Assembly (NCBI GenBank): GCA_000434555.1
Contig: FR880111.1
Location: 2,161-66,160, forward strand
Source: Clostridium sp. CAG:524
GTDB lineage: Bacteria > Bacillota_I > Bacilli_A > RF39 > UBA660
DNA: 64,000 nucleotides
Direction: 5' to 3'
Positions within the stretch are counted from its first letter, which is position 1; each line of letters begins with the position of its first letter. A model generated the notes under the pieces. The model was not told the origin of the DNA. It worked only from the letters and a program-made list of their open reading frames with translations, and did no database searches. Of the stretch, positions 63,092-64,000 are shown one piece after another. A program made the position numbers and the translations under genes.

Positions 63092-64000
63092 ATGGATAAA
63101 TGTAGCGTAATTTCTTTAAAAAATATTGATAAGATTAAATCAATTAAGAGTGAATATGTAATTATAAGTGATAAAAAATATGATGTTGATTATGATAAAA
63201 TAATTAGTTTTATGGAAGAAAACAATTATGAATTATATGCTTTATGTCCTTATAGTGATAATAAAAGTTTAATAAAAAAATATGATATAGTTAATACTGA
63301 GAGTGGTTACTTTAATTTTTATTTAGAAAGTTTTATTATTAAAAAAAGTTTACTTGATAAATGTAATTATAATAGTGAATATGGTATTCTTATGTATCTT
63401 TATGATAATGTTAAATCTTATTATCAATCTAATGAGAGAATAGATATAGATATTGTTTATACTGATAAAAATAAGAATAGTTTTTATATTGATAAATCAT
63501 GGTATTTAGAAGATATGAAAACATTATGTAAATTATCAAAAGAGTGTAAAAATAGTGGTAAGAATTACTTATTTAATATGTATTTACTTAAATTATCTTA
63601 TAATATTAGACAAGTAGAGAATAGTATTATTAATGAAAGTGAATATAATGAATTTATTAAGTTATCTCATGAATTTTTAAATAATATAGATGATAAATAT
63701 ATTAATACTAATAATGTAAAACTTAATATAAATATAAATAAAAATATAGTATATTACATACTTAATATTAAATATGAAAGTGTAAAGTATAAGTTAAGTG
63801 ATGGTTATATAAAATGTAAATATAATGTAGATAATGTTAAATCTAATTCAATAGTGGTACATTGTATTAATTATAAGAAAGGTTATTTATATTTTGATTG
63901 CTCTTATGATAAAACATGCTTTGAATTATCAAATGTTAATATTTATGGAAATGATAAAAAAATAGATTACGATAAGACAGATATTTATATGGGAAATAAG
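63092..64000 (+). CDS. Hypothetical protein, 3' end cut by window edge (envelope-glycopolymer neighbourhood)
   Basis: Absent from the ORF track. The reading frame is open from ATG 63092 to the window end (303 codons) and begins MDKCSVISLKNIDKIKSIKSEYVIISDKKYD. AGGAGA lies 8 nt upstream. No family recognised. Confidence 0.5.
   Translation, partial: MDKCSVISLKNIDKIKSIKSEYVIISDKKYDVDYDKIISFMEENNYELYALCPYSDNKSLIKKYDIVNTESGYFNFYLESFIIKKSLLDKCNYNSEYGILMYLYDNVKSYYQSNERIDIDIVYTDKNKNSFYIDKSWYLEDMKTLCKLSKECKNSGKNYLFNMYLLKLSYNIRQVENSIINESEYNEFIKLSHEFLNNIDDKYINTNNVKLNININKNIVYYILNIKYESVKYKLSDGYIKCKYNVDNVKSNSIVVHCINYKKGYLYFDCSYDKTCFELSNVNIYGNDKKIDYDKTDIYMGNK

Overview
Visibly AT-rich (roughly 70% A+T by eye, not computed) chromosomal segment of a low-GC monoderm, Bacillota-like bacterium. 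Cell-wall genes are present: ltaS, LCP, tagO-like, yfhO-like. I see no rRNA, tRNA, CRISPR array, integrase or transposase. Housekeeping genes (NitT/TauT-type ABC transporter, pcrA, queG, gpsA) are interleaved with three accessory cell-surface loci. (A) 2547-19596 is an 11-12 gene + strand operon. It has two SipW-type (ER/archaeal-type) signal peptidases and several paralogous secreted proteins whose signal peptides end in [ST]YAW[FM]/TYSWF (TasA/SipW-cognate class). It also encodes a 2442-aa BspA-type LRR adhesin and, unexpectedly, a membrane-anchored McrB-like AAA+ NTPase with a partner that has no visible nuclease motif. (B) 30653-39237 is an operon with a class B sortase domain fused to a ~290-aa cytoplasmic domain, two small paralogous Cys-containing proteins, a 1466-aa Cys-rich secreted giant, and a C39-like cysteine peptidase with a pseudopilin-like N-terminus. 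(C) 41927-48996 is a Tad/Flp-like pilus locus (2x CpaB-like, CpaF/TadA ATPase, TadB/TadC-like, small Cys-containing pilin candidate, TadE-like, TadZ/CpaE-like). No prepilin peptidase is visible. Loci B and C share an M[KR]E[SA]..G leader motif. My best candidates for an undescribed system are locus A, especially the McrB-like pair embedded in a TasA/SipW-type fibre operon, and the B+C combination. The 3' third of the window (49100-64000) is an envelope glycopolymer neighbourhood that includes an adjacent cohesin-dockerin gene pair. All functional calls rest on motifs I recognise in the supplied translations. No database search was run.
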